Of a stretch of 64,000 nucleotides of DNA, positions 53,328 to 64,000 are shown in pieces. The stretch is from Rhizodiscina lignyota. Its lineage: Eukaryota. The stretch's first letter is position 1. Every line of letters begins with the position of its first letter. The stretch covers positions 372,001 through 436,000 of the forward strand of contig ML978134.1 in NCBI GenBank assembly GCA_010015805.1, written 5' to 3'. A program made the translations under genes and the position numbers. The notes under the pieces were generated by a model. That model did no database searches, was not told the DNA's origin, and saw only the letters and a list, made by a program, of their open reading frames with translations.

Positions 53328-54957
53328 TTAGGAGATGAAAATAGGCATCTTTTGGGGGTCGTCGACGCTCATTGGGTCCAGAAGCTCTTTATAAACCCTC
53401 CGTGTCCCGGATCTGGACGTGATTCGATGTGCCACTTTGCTCAGGAAGCTAGTAGTGAGCTGTGCTAAAGGTGCTTCGGAGTGGTTTCTGATCTCCAGGA
53501 TACCAATTTCTTCGATTTGGATACGGGTGCCAGGTAACGGCCTAGGCTCGCGAGTAGCCGTTGCTTCTGGTGCAGTTGCGCCGGGATCTCGAGGGGTCGG
53601 AGGGAGTGATTCGGGTGTGGGTAGAGATACTGGAGCAGGACTAGGAGGAATCTGGACTGTTGTCGAGAAGATATTCCGAGTCTTCTTGGGATATTTTATA
53701 TCGGATTCACCGCAACACCTCTCTTGCATTTCATCGTAGTGAAAGTGTCCAGTGCAGATACCGCAATCCCCGTGGTCTTTGTCTTCATATTCTAAACACG
53801 CTTTGCTCATTGTGACGAATGATGCAAGACTTGGCCGATCTTTCAACATTGGCGCCCATCGGTAGTCCATTTGGTGGTCGCCCATGAGTGGTAGCACGTA
53901 GGGATTGTCCAAGAAAGGCCACCATGCCTTAGGCCTGTTATGATGGTCCAGGCCGGTACATGCTAGGCAGTTAAGGGCTTCAGCAATAAAGACTTCCAGG
54001 AGAAGTCTAGGTTTACCTCTGAGGCGTTCCTTTACAGCAGCCGCCATGCCAAGCTGCCAACAATTGAGGACACAATCCTCATTTCCTGGCGCATGCTGAC
54101 ATCGACTTTCACTTTTGCAGAAGATGATTTGCAGCAGTTGCCAGAGCGAAATCCTCCTCGCATTCCTGGTGCAACTGCTGACCTACACACCGATCTGAAG
54201 ATTAAGCAGCGGGGTTGGGTCCAATGTTTGACGTCCGCACCACGTGAGCAGCATATCTTTATGAGTTGTCGCCGGTCGCTTACGAAAGGTCTTTTGGCCG
54301 GATACCGTCACAAATTGGCCGCCTGTGACGTTGATTTGGTACCCATCCGACTCGTATGACAAGAATCTTGAAAGTTCTGTTGGAAAGTTCAGCGTCCTTG
54401 AGTACATCCAGGGCTTCCGAAAGAAAGGTGATGCGCGAATAACATTCGTCCAGCGTCTTGAGGGAACATAATCTGTGACATTCCGTGCCGTCATCGGAGA
54501 GATTAAGGTGGCCGGCAACACCTAGTAACTCAGGCAGACGCTCCTCGATTTCCTCCAGCTGTTCAAAATGACCTTGTGGATTAAGTATCGGATCGAGGAT
54601 TCTATGAGCAGTCTCATCGTCAATGCGCGGCCGCTCCGAAGAAATGGCGAGTTCCTTGAGTTTTGAACAGGCAGAATCGAAAGCTGCCTGCCCGAGAGGA
54701 TTTGGAGGGGGAGGAGGAGAAGGAGGAGAGGGAGGAGGAGAAATCCTACGCCTTTTCTTAGTGGTCGGAGAATGGGATTGCCCAATAGGGCCAGTTCCTC
54801 CTTGGGGTGAATAATGCTTGTACGACCCAGAACTCCCCTCTCCTATGCATTGATTGCAGCCATGATGACCACAGTTCCCACAGCAAGGGATGACATGAAT
54901 ATTGTATGGCCCGTCAGAGCAATTACAGCAGTACCACACGTTGGAGTCGCCACCCAT
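53328..54957 (-). pseudogene. Disrupted gene with N-terminal Cys-rich zinc-ribbon-like motif
   Basis: MGGDSNVWYCCNCSDGP..CGNCGHHGCNQC; frame switch near 54350; in-frame TAG 54183-54185 in QIGV*VSSCTRNARRISLW, continuing open into ORF 53328-54047. Confidence 0.6.
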
Positions 54958-55753
54958 TGGACGAAGAAAGATAGACTTCTGTTCGAGGAATGAATGTAAC
55001 GAGGTAAAATTAACGAACAGCCGTAGAACCTTACAAGATGGGATTTTACGTCTTTTCGAGGACAAACTTAGCCTTGCTCACCGGTCACAACGACCGTATC
55101 TGTGGAGGGAGACGAGGCTGGCTCCATATGAACATGATTCGCTCTTGGCGTGCACCTGCAGATGTGATGTCTTCGTCAGCCATTATTGGAGTAAGGCGAG
55201 GTATACAGGAACTTCGCATCTTCTTAAACCTTAAATACCATCTAAGGGAGACGACAACAACGTTTCTCCGCATGATGAGTGCATGGAATAGTCCTCAGAC
55301 CGCATAGAAACAGAAGAGTCAGGAGAGTCGAAAAATCACAGATTCGACTGGGACCAATACGGCAACAGACAAGGCATTCCGCAAGCACGATACTGATGGC
55401 TACAGATGGTCGGAGTGATTTGATACGCGAGATAGAGTGACGGGAGACATTGAGTTTGTCCATGAGAGACCGTTCTGAGCGAGATCAGACAGGCGCGGCT
55501 GACTTATGGCGATATCTTGGCAAACCCTAACCCTCGCCAGGCCCACTCAACGCCACGCTTCGATATGTTACCGCGACTTCATCCCATCTTCACCTCCCTC
55601 CAAAAGCAGTGACTTAAATTCACCTTGATCTCATTCAATCATCTTTCATTGTGTTGCCCCCATGAATGCCCGTCGAAGCCTTGCGCGACGGTTGATTCGG
55701 CAAGCCTTCTAATCACACCTGTACCCCGAGAGAGTTCTTGCAAAAGCAGCAAG

Positions 55754-57292
55754 ATGGACGACTTCAATAGCGAGACGGACAGCTCATACACGAGCTACTG
55801 GCGAGACTGGGTAAGCTCTTAATATCTTCGTTGCGATTTCTGCTTTTATCCCTTCTTTGGGCATTGAAACTGTTCCTTTGTGGCTATTCCTCTGGTGAAT
55901 TAGCGAGAACGATCGAAATACCTCCACGGCGGCAACTACACGCAAGTGCCATTAGTAATAGCCTGAGCTCATCGGAGAACCACGCGAAGAGAATAGCTCA
56001 AAGGGGTTGTGTGTGCCTACCATGTGTTTTGTTGTGCTGCCTTGAGCGGGAAGAGAACACCCCCTGTGTGGGATAATGTGACAAGGCTCGATCACGACAA
56101 TAACACTCTGGGCCACACCACACACAGCTATCGATAAACAGTTCGGCACTTCTCCTCCGGCCCGAGATATATCTGTGTTGGCTTCGGGTGCGCGTTTCTC
56201 TTCACAACAACCTCGAAAATCTGGCGTATCCAACAACATGCCGCCAAATCTCAAGAGGCAAAGGGCCTCGTCCACGTCGGGCGAAAACACTATTGCTGCT
56301 GCCCGAGAGCAGGTTGCTCGCGCAGAGGCAGCACCGCTAACTTGGAAGTTATGGGCTCGTAACCCCATCACGACGGAGGTGTATTTCGAAGCGCAACGCC
56401 GAACCTTGCGTGATTCTCCTCGCGGTTGGCCTTACGTGAACAGAGTTGGCTCAAGTACTTACTGCGTTCCCCGTTACTAATTTTACCTCTATGCACAGTT
56501 CATCTCCTCCCGTGGCAACGAGTACTTTTGCGAGATTGACGAAGATTACCTTACCGACCGCTTCAACCTCACTGGCCTCAATACCGAAGTTCAGTACTAC
56601 CAGTATGCGTTGGACCTCGTCACCGACGTGTTCGATCTCGACTGCGACGATGAGATGCGCGAGCAGATCGAGAAGTCAGCCCGACATCTCTATGGTCTAG
56701 TTCACGCGCGATACATTGTCACGACGCGTGGCCTCTCCAAAATGGTGCGTAACTAGTTCACATCATGACATTCTGACATCACAATTCTAATGTTGACCAG
56801 TTCGAAAAATTCAAGAAGGCCGAATTCGGAAAATGCCCTCGCTATCACTGCGACCAGCACCCTCTCCTGCCCATGGGCCAGCATGACGTTCCCGGCGTGT
56901 CATCTGTCAAGCTTTTCTGCGCAAAGTGCGAAGATCTGTACAACCCCAAGTCATCCCGCCATGCGAGCATTGACGGCGCGTACTTCGGAACCTCGTTCCA
57001 CAACATCCTCCTGCAGGTCTACCCCAACGCTGTGCCCGTCAAGACGACCCGTCGCTATGAGCCGAAAGTCTTTGGCTTCCGTGTGCACGCCGCAGCCGCT
57101 CTGATGCGTTGGCAGGAGGATAGGCGAGAGGAGATGTTGGATAGGCTCCGCAGGGCCAGGGTCGAGTCAGGCTTCGAAGAGGAAGAAGAAGAGGACGATG
57201 AGCTTGAGGATGACGAGGATATGGATGGCGATGACTTTGATGGCGAGCACGATGGATATGCTCAGCCTACCACAGTCCAAGCCCATCAATGA
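55754..57292 (+). CDS. CKB2: Casein kinase II regulatory subunit beta-2
   Basis: MDDFNSETDSSYTSYWRDW | intron 55811-56498 | FISSRGNEYFCEIDEDY..LYGLVHARYI | intron | FGKCPRYHC..KLFCAKCEDLYNPKSSRHASIDGAYFGTSF. Confidence 0.95.
55868..56143 (+). ncRNA. Candidate structured intronic RNA element (three-way junction) in CKB2 intron 1
   Basis: Hand-paired helices: 55868-55874/56137-56143, 55875-55889/55991-56004, 55890-55898/55969-55977, 56005-56015/56119-56129 and two further stacked helices. Confidence 0.5.
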
Positions 57293-57590
57293 GTATGACG
57301 AGAAGGATGGAGATGCTCGGACTAGCATGGTCATGGTCCATCAATGGGTTGACGGAACACATCGATGCTTGCATAGCTAAACGGAGTTGAAGGCGTAGGA
57401 GAAGCATATGCCTTGGAATTGGAAAGGCGGCTCTGACTACACACTGAATGGAATGCTATCATGAAGTCTGTGCCCATTTCGATGTACCCCACGGTGATCG
57501 CCCGAAACCTCTGCCCCACTATATTTTCAAGCTCCACCACATGCTTCGCAACAATGCGCTTCAGTAGCACAGATACGCAACAATAGCAAG

Positions 57591-58284
57591 ATGTTCAAAA
57601 AAGAGTGCGTCTAGAATCACCTTAATGTCGAGATGCTATTACTCACATTGCTCCAGCATAACCGCGGGCCAAAAGTCCAAAGTCAAGTCCTCCGTCCAGC
57701 GGGGCATCCGCACCAAGGTCACAGAAACATATCCCCTCCTCGCACCGCATATCGACGAGATAATGCCCAAGAAGGAGCAACTGGATCTCATCAAGCTGTA
57801 AAATCTCTACATCTCATTGCTCTGTTGTCCAAAAGTCCTGATACTAAACACTGGTGGACATAGACCCGACCGCGTCTCCCTCTACGCACTCCACTCCACC
57901 CCCCTCTTCTTCCAGCACATGGACGACGCTCTCCTCCCACACCTCACCCTTGTACACCGCTACCCCTCATGCTTCCCTCGCATCCGTATCGACCGTGGAG
58001 CCATCCGCTTCGTCTTGTCCGGCGCAGCGTTAATGGCGCCAGGTCTAACGTCTACCGGCGGACGATTGCCGAATCCTAACGCAAAAGCCGAGGACGAGAA
58101 GTACGGAAAGGAAGAGCTGGAAACTGGGGCGCCAGTAGTGATAGAGGCAGAGGGAAAGGAGCATGCATGTCTGGTGGGCGTGTTGAAGATGGGGACGGGG
58201 GAGATGAAGGAGAAGAAGAAGGGCGTGGTAATGGACGCGGGGCATTATCTTGGGGATGGGCTGTGGAAGATGCATCTGGATTGA
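57591..58284 (+). CDS. TMA20: Translation machinery-associated protein 20 (MCT-1, PUA domain)
   Basis: MFKKD|ITAGQKSKVKSSVQRGIR, DRGAIRFVLSGAALMAPGLTS, HYLGDGLW; two introns. Confidence 0.95.
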
Positions 58285-58721
58285 TACTTGGGACTTAAGA
58301 GGATGGGTATCTCGCTGCATTCAACTTATTGAGCGCTGGGACACGGAGCTGCCCGTTTTAATATATTTTTGGCGCTGGTAGTCACAACCCAAAGAATCGA
58401 AAGTTGAGCATCTGGCCGAAAGAGGGGTTGTCAAACGATGATAGATATCACATTCACGGAGTCCACTAACTGTTCATGGAACTTATATATGAAATCTAGT
58501 TAGTCCCTATCCAAGGGAATGCGCCGTTTGACAATGGTGAGCAATAAAACCAAGCTCACTTTCATGTGCAACATCCGCTCAACGACGAAAAGCTTGTAAG
58601 ATACGTGAGCATGATGATAGAGTCTCTCTCAGGACGTTCATTGCTATTAGCGCTCATGTAACTGGCTAACCACACGGGCATATTGTGAAAGAAAGCGTGA
58701 ACAGGTGCTCAAGAAGTTGCC

Positions 58722-59934
58722 TTACTGCCCTCTTCCAGCTCCAGGTCCACCTCGTCCAGCTCCTGGGCCCATGAAGTTCCGAGCCCTATAGACCGATTAG
58801 TACCATTCCATTTGACACCAAGAGAGACTACTCACATCTCAGCAATGCTGGGGTCGTTCATGAGACTCGAGAGATCCGGCATGCCACTTCCACCTCCGGC
58901 GCCGCCGCCGCCACCTCTCATCCTGCTCGCCATATTCTGCAGCTGAGGATTGCTCATGATATTATTCAGCGCGTCCGGATTTTGCATGATATTCTCCGCC
59001 ATCTGCCTCATCATCGGATTCTGCATGATGGAGCTGAGATCCGGCATGCCTCCTCCCTGCCCGCCACCAAACATGCCCGCCAGACTTGACAAGTCTGGCA
59101 TGCCACCAGGTCCAGCACCTGCCGACCTCGTAGCATCTGGTGCGCCAATGTCATCTTCGTCCTCATCAACAAGTCCACCCTCCTCTTCTACTCTCTTCTT
59201 CGCCGTCTCATATCCCCTCTTCATCGCCTCGCTGCCGCCATTGCCTTCGGCCTCAATTCCCTTTTGGTACGCCTCCATGCTGCCCTTTGCATCGCCAAGC
59301 GCATACTTGGCGAGACCCAGCCGACTCCATGCTTTGGTGTACTTCGGATCCGCCGCGACCGCCATCTCAGCGTCCTCCTTTGCTTCGCTGTGCATTCGCG
59401 CACCACTGTATGCGGCGGCGCGGTTCGACAGGTATATCGGGTTGAGCGGTTGCAGAGCCAGCGCGCGAGTGTATAGATCGATCGCGAGATTGTAGTCTTT
59501 CTTCTGCATCGCAGCATTCCCTTGTGCCTTCAACTGTTCCGCTTCTTCCTTCGCATTCGCATTACCGGGACCTGCAGCTTCAGCGTTCGCATCACCTGGC
59601 ACTGATCCTGACGATGTGCTTGCTTGTGCTGTTGCGCTCGCAGATGTGCCCGTGCCCTTTAGTTTCTCGAAGACGCCGTAGATCTGCAGGAGGTTTTGCT
59701 TGCCGATTGCGTCGCTCATGGCGGCCTTGTCGGTGGGGTCGACCTTAAACGACTCAGCGATGCAGTTTGTTGCGATTTCCATGGACTCGGCTTCATCGGA
59801 GGGTACGGTGCCATCTTTGACGGAGGTGTTGAGGAAGTCAATTATCGCCAGCGCGAGGCGCTTTTTTGAGGTTGATGGATCTGCCTACGAGATGTGAGCC
59901 TAAGACGATAAGTTTCAGATTCGGGACATACCAT
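58722..59934 (-). CDS. SGT2: Small glutamine-rich TPR co-chaperone Sgt2
   Basis: ATG-only first exon, KKRLALAIIDFL dimerisation domain, three TPRs (YLSNRAAAY, KAWSRLG), M/N/P-rich STI1-like tail. Confidence 0.95.
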
Positions 59935-60442
59935 TGCGGCAGAATGTAGGGGAGGGAGACTAGAGTTTGATGAATGAGGAGAGGTCCTTGATGAGAAGGT
60001 GATTGCGTGGATTTGGAAAGTGTGATACGGTAAAGGTAGAGGTGTCGACGTAAATTATGTTGACAGATTTTAACAGAAAGGGAAAGAAGCTCAGTGAAAT
60101 GGCGGCATGGCGGGGTGGGTGGTACCTAGCTACTTAACTGTCCAGCTACGCAGGCGGCAGAGTTGCGTCGTTGCGTTCCTCATGTCGGACGTTAAATTCA
60201 GATCGTTCTGCTTAGAATTTAACGTATAATTCTATAGTAGCTCAGTTTCCCGCCGGGCTTCGCTGGCTATGTGTTTTTATGAAAAGAAATGGTGCTTGAA
60301 GTTATGCTCGCCCTGCCAACGTCTTCTAGCACGGTTGGCGGCGATGCCATGTCCCCATTTTAGAATTTTGGGTTCACAGGCCAACGAGCATTGGGTACAG
60401 TAGTACCTACGTCTGGGTGGACTGGGTACCCCACATCTATCT

Positions 60443-60470
60443 GCCAAAGCCAAAGCCAAAGCCAAAGCAA
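60443..60470 (+). repeat. (GCCAAA)4 microsatellite
   Basis: gccaaagccaaagccaaagccaaagcaaag, downstream of the BNA7-like stop codon. Confidence 0.9.
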
Positions 60471-60563
60471 AGTCAATCCAAACTCCTCTCACAAGCATAT
60501 GTATATAATACTGTCTAAAATGTACAGGCCTAAGTTGAATTGATGGTGAAGGCGATGCACTTC

Positions 60564-61723
60564 TCACTCTTCGCCATAAAATACCCTTAGCGAAAACTCG
60601 ATCGTCCTCGACAATTCCGTGCCATGCTCCCAGACCTCATCGTGACTCCCCTTCAAGTACGTAACAAAGAACTGCTTCCCTCCAATCCAGCTATCCCTCC
60701 TCGCCTCCTTGATCCTACTTTCGCTCCTCATCTTCCACCCCTGCTCCTTCAACACCTTCACCATCGAATCGACTTGCGGCCAATCCACAAGTTCATCCTC
60801 CGGGCTTTGCCCCAGCACCACCAGATGCCCATCCGGCCATCGATCTGAGTAGTCTCCTGCGACAGGGCTCGCTTTCTGCCAAACGTCGTGGTTGCCGCCA
60901 AAAGCATCGCGGATGAATCCCTCGTATTCCGGATCATGGGCGTAGTTCTTCAGGAGCAGCGGAAAGTCGTAGACACCCTCGAGACCAACGACAGCAACAG
61001 GCGGTCGTATTGTTTGCTTGTGATTATCCTGCGCTCCTGCGAAACCGAGTAGTTTCTCGTATAGCGCTGGCTTGCTTGGTATCGCGCTCTTCCATTGCCG
61101 GTCCATGACGATTTGGAAAGCTAGCGTTGCACCGCAGGAGTGACCCACTGCCATGTAAGGCCATTTCGAGCCGACCCCATACTCTTTCTCAAGCCATTGG
61201 AGTGCAAGTAGGACATCGTGGACGTGGTCTGGGTGTGTGCCGTTCCTTGCGGGATCGCTCGGTTCGCCTGAGAGCCTGTAATTGATCGAAGCGAGTCCTA
61301 CGACATGGCGGAGTGCTGATGTGGGCGCGTCCCTTGAGAAATGATCCAGTAATTGGGATAGCGCAGGTTTCAGCTCGGCTTTGTCTTGAGAATCATCTCT
61401 CCAGGCGCCGCCGTGAAGGAAGCTGACGACGAGTCAACCCATCTATTCTGAGGATTATGTGAATCGCAGACGAAAGACGGAGCACTCCCACGAGAAGGGA
61501 ACTCGAAAATTAATTTGAGCGAGTATGAACGACCTGCACAATGACAATCACATAATAGATGGGAAGATGGGAAGCCTTACACTATCCATACCGAGTCATC
61601 TGTTGAAGCGTCCACCTGCAGTGACCCATTGTTCAGCGGCCGAGGTAGGCATATATCTAACGTTTGAAGCTTGTGCTCATCCCCGTATTTAACGTCATGT
61701 AATTGCTTTGGATACTCCGCCAT
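60564..61723 (-). CDS. BNA7: Kynurenine formamidase-like alpha/beta hydrolase
   Basis: VKYGDEHKLQTLD, intron ~61424-61580, FLHGGAWRD, SINYRLS, GHSCG nucleophile elbow, DELV, GSHDEVW. Confidence 0.85.
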
Positions 61724-63128
61724 GTTGCACAGGTAGTGCAAGAAAATCTATTTGAGGTTGCGGGGAGGGTGTTACAGTTATCAAAAGTCGATCGTGGAAT
61801 GCAATTCACGTGCCCTGCGTCTCAATTCCAGCACGGCCCCGAATCCGTGAATGCTCAACCACATTGCCATCATCAACTTCGGCATAAAAATGACCATCCA
61901 TCAGCTCGCGCTTACGCATGTGCCTTACGGATGTCATCATACATAGTCAGGCATTGGAAGATACGCTGCCTTGATGTCATCCAGGGCTTCCACTCTACTC
62001 TCCCAATTGACTCTTTCACCATAGTATTCCAGCTTCGCCTTTCCATCTATTTCCTCAATGCACCAGTTGTCTTTATATGCCTCTAGTCTCTCGGCGAAAT
62101 CCTTCTTGACGAAATCCTTCATGTACTCTGTCACGGTCTGGAACTCATGCGGCGATAATCGCACAACTTGCGCCGGAGTCAGCCGAATTATACGGAACCA
62201 TTCTTGAGCGCTATGCTTCATATCGTAGCCGACCTCATGTTGTAGCTGGGATATCTAGAAAAGCCATGTTGCTAAGGTGTGCTTAGGCTTGAGTCGTGTA
62301 TGTAAAACCTGTGCGGAAATTGGGGCGTAGACAGAGATTGTATAAGGTTTCTGACAGGAGCACAGTGGCTGGGGGTTGCAAGTTCTTCTGCGAATGTTAT
62401 CCAGGGAAATGAAAAGAATCTGGAAGAGAAACAGTATTGATTCAAAAACTGGTGTGTGCGCACTCTACAGAAACTAGGGCAGCAGAATCAACATTGTTAT
62501 GACGAGCTGCCATTTTCAACCACGGCCCTGAATGCTCAGCGACATCGCCACTAAAAACCTTGCTACCAAAAACAAGCCACTCCTAGAAATTGTTCCAATT
62601 TGAGAAAGCGTCGTAGGTGGCACTCTAAACCGTGAGCCCCCCATCAACGCCATGTCCGCCACCACTTCTTCTTCGCTCATTTCGATCCACGTAATGTTAC
62701 CACACATGAACATCATCTTCTTTTCAGATTTGCCACAGTGCGCACATGGTTGCGAGAGGACTATGCCTCCAAACCCTGCCAGGAAAAACGTTCAGCTTAG
62801 TTAAGCTTCGATGTTGGAGTGAGTAAAACTTACCCGCTTCGTGGGAGCCGCCCAACTGTTACTTAGGGTTGGAAACCCTACTTCGCCTCGGAGCTGTTGA
62901 GAGATATAACCTAAAAGTTTATGTGTGTCCACTGGTGCCTCCGCGGAAACTAGCGGCACAATCAAGGAGTGTTATGACGAGTGAGCCAAGATATCAGGTG
63001 AAATATTTCTTCCTGCTCATATGGATTCTGAAAAGAGACAGACCAATCGATTCAGAGTAGACGTATCGTCAAACCGTGCATCGGGATAATTCGTACGCGT
63101 CGCACATCACCTCCACCACACGCAGCCG

Positions 63129-64000
63129 CTAAACATGGTGGTTTCTTCGAGTATCCGTCCGCCCCTCTGCGTCGAGATCCATGCCCATAGCCAGGATGTC
63201 CTCCGCAATTTCCGTGTCACTCACTTCAACCTCTTCAGCTAGCGTCCTCTCGACCATTACGACAAGCCTATCATCCTTCATAGCGAGACTCCAAATACCG
63301 CGATTCTCAAAATCCGTGATCTTCTCGTCGAAAGCCCCAGAGACAAACTGGTGCAGGTCGGATGCCCTCTCCTGGAACCATTCTTCTCGTTGCCTGACCA
63401 ACCCTTGAAAGTTCATGTGATTCAAATCGCACCAGTCCTGAATGCAATGTTTCAAGGCGTATGCCATGTTAAGCTCGAAATGGTAGTCGCCCACACTGCG
63501 GAAGATTTCGCCAAATTGTTCGTCTCGTCTCACGAAGTGCAAGCGCGATCTCTTGAACTGGGTCCATTCCACCGCAGGTTCGGGCCAGCCGTACTGAGCG
63601 CCCGTAATATCCACCGCAAAGATGCTGCCACTCTTCATGGAAACTTTTAGGACGTGGTGGTCGATGTATGCGTTATTGGTCTTGCGATTCTGATCGTCGA
63701 TTATAGCAATCGGACGCTTCACGTTTCGGACCTGGCCGCTTATCTCTCTAATGCTCTTTGTCGGCGAGTCTGCTCTCTGTCAGATTGACATCGACACATT
63801 GTTAAGGGAGAGTGATAGTGACCTCCAACTCCAAGCACGAGGTCAACAATTGGCGCCATGAAGGCAGATTCCCCATAGCACGAGCAGGACAGGATAGCCT
63901 CCTCTTTTTCCGACAGTACAGAACCATTGCTAATAAAGCGACGGGTCGGGAAAGTATCTTTCCCGCGTTCCTTAAGTACAACGTTCAGAATCCCATGTTG
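63129..64000 (-). CDS. 3' part of a gene running off the window; resembles C-termini of fungal MYND-finger-associated proteins
   Basis: HHVLKV..FAVDITGAQYGW motif, intron ~63779-63822, upstream frame EAILSCSCYGES; any MYND finger would be outside the window. Confidence 0.65.

Noticed and set aside
1..64000. CRISPR array, rRNA, intact transposon or TPP riboswitch
   Set aside because: No regularly spaced repeats, rRNA signatures, transposase/RT motifs or TPP aptamer core were seen by eye.

Overview
Gene-dense, intron-containing genomic DNA of a filamentous ascomycete (Pezizomycotina; GT-AG introns of about 45-70 nt with CTRAC/CTAAC branch sites). About 22 apparently intact genes can be modelled by hand: a GPI-type cell-wall protein, an aldo-keto reductase, RPB12, NAR1, MMS2, MON2, a TBC Rab-GAP, a SprT/Spartan protease, a Zn2Cys6 factor, SCAP, a sugar porter, a cytochrome P450, a small secreted Cys-rich protein, a long coiled-coil protein, an LYR-like protein, CK2 beta-2, TMA20, SGT2, a BNA7-like hydrolase and others. 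These housekeeping blocks alternate with decaying accessory patches: a HET-domain relic, a five-copy tandem BTB/POZ array with only one intact member, and two further genes with nonsense or frameshift lesions. The most striking unexplained signal is the 688-nt first intron of CK2 beta-2, which can be paired by eye into a ~275-nt three-way junction plus further hairpins, a candidate structured RNA element. No tRNA, rRNA, CRISPR array or intact transposon was recognised. All product names come from motif recognition and exon boundaries were placed by eye; no database search or folding program was run.
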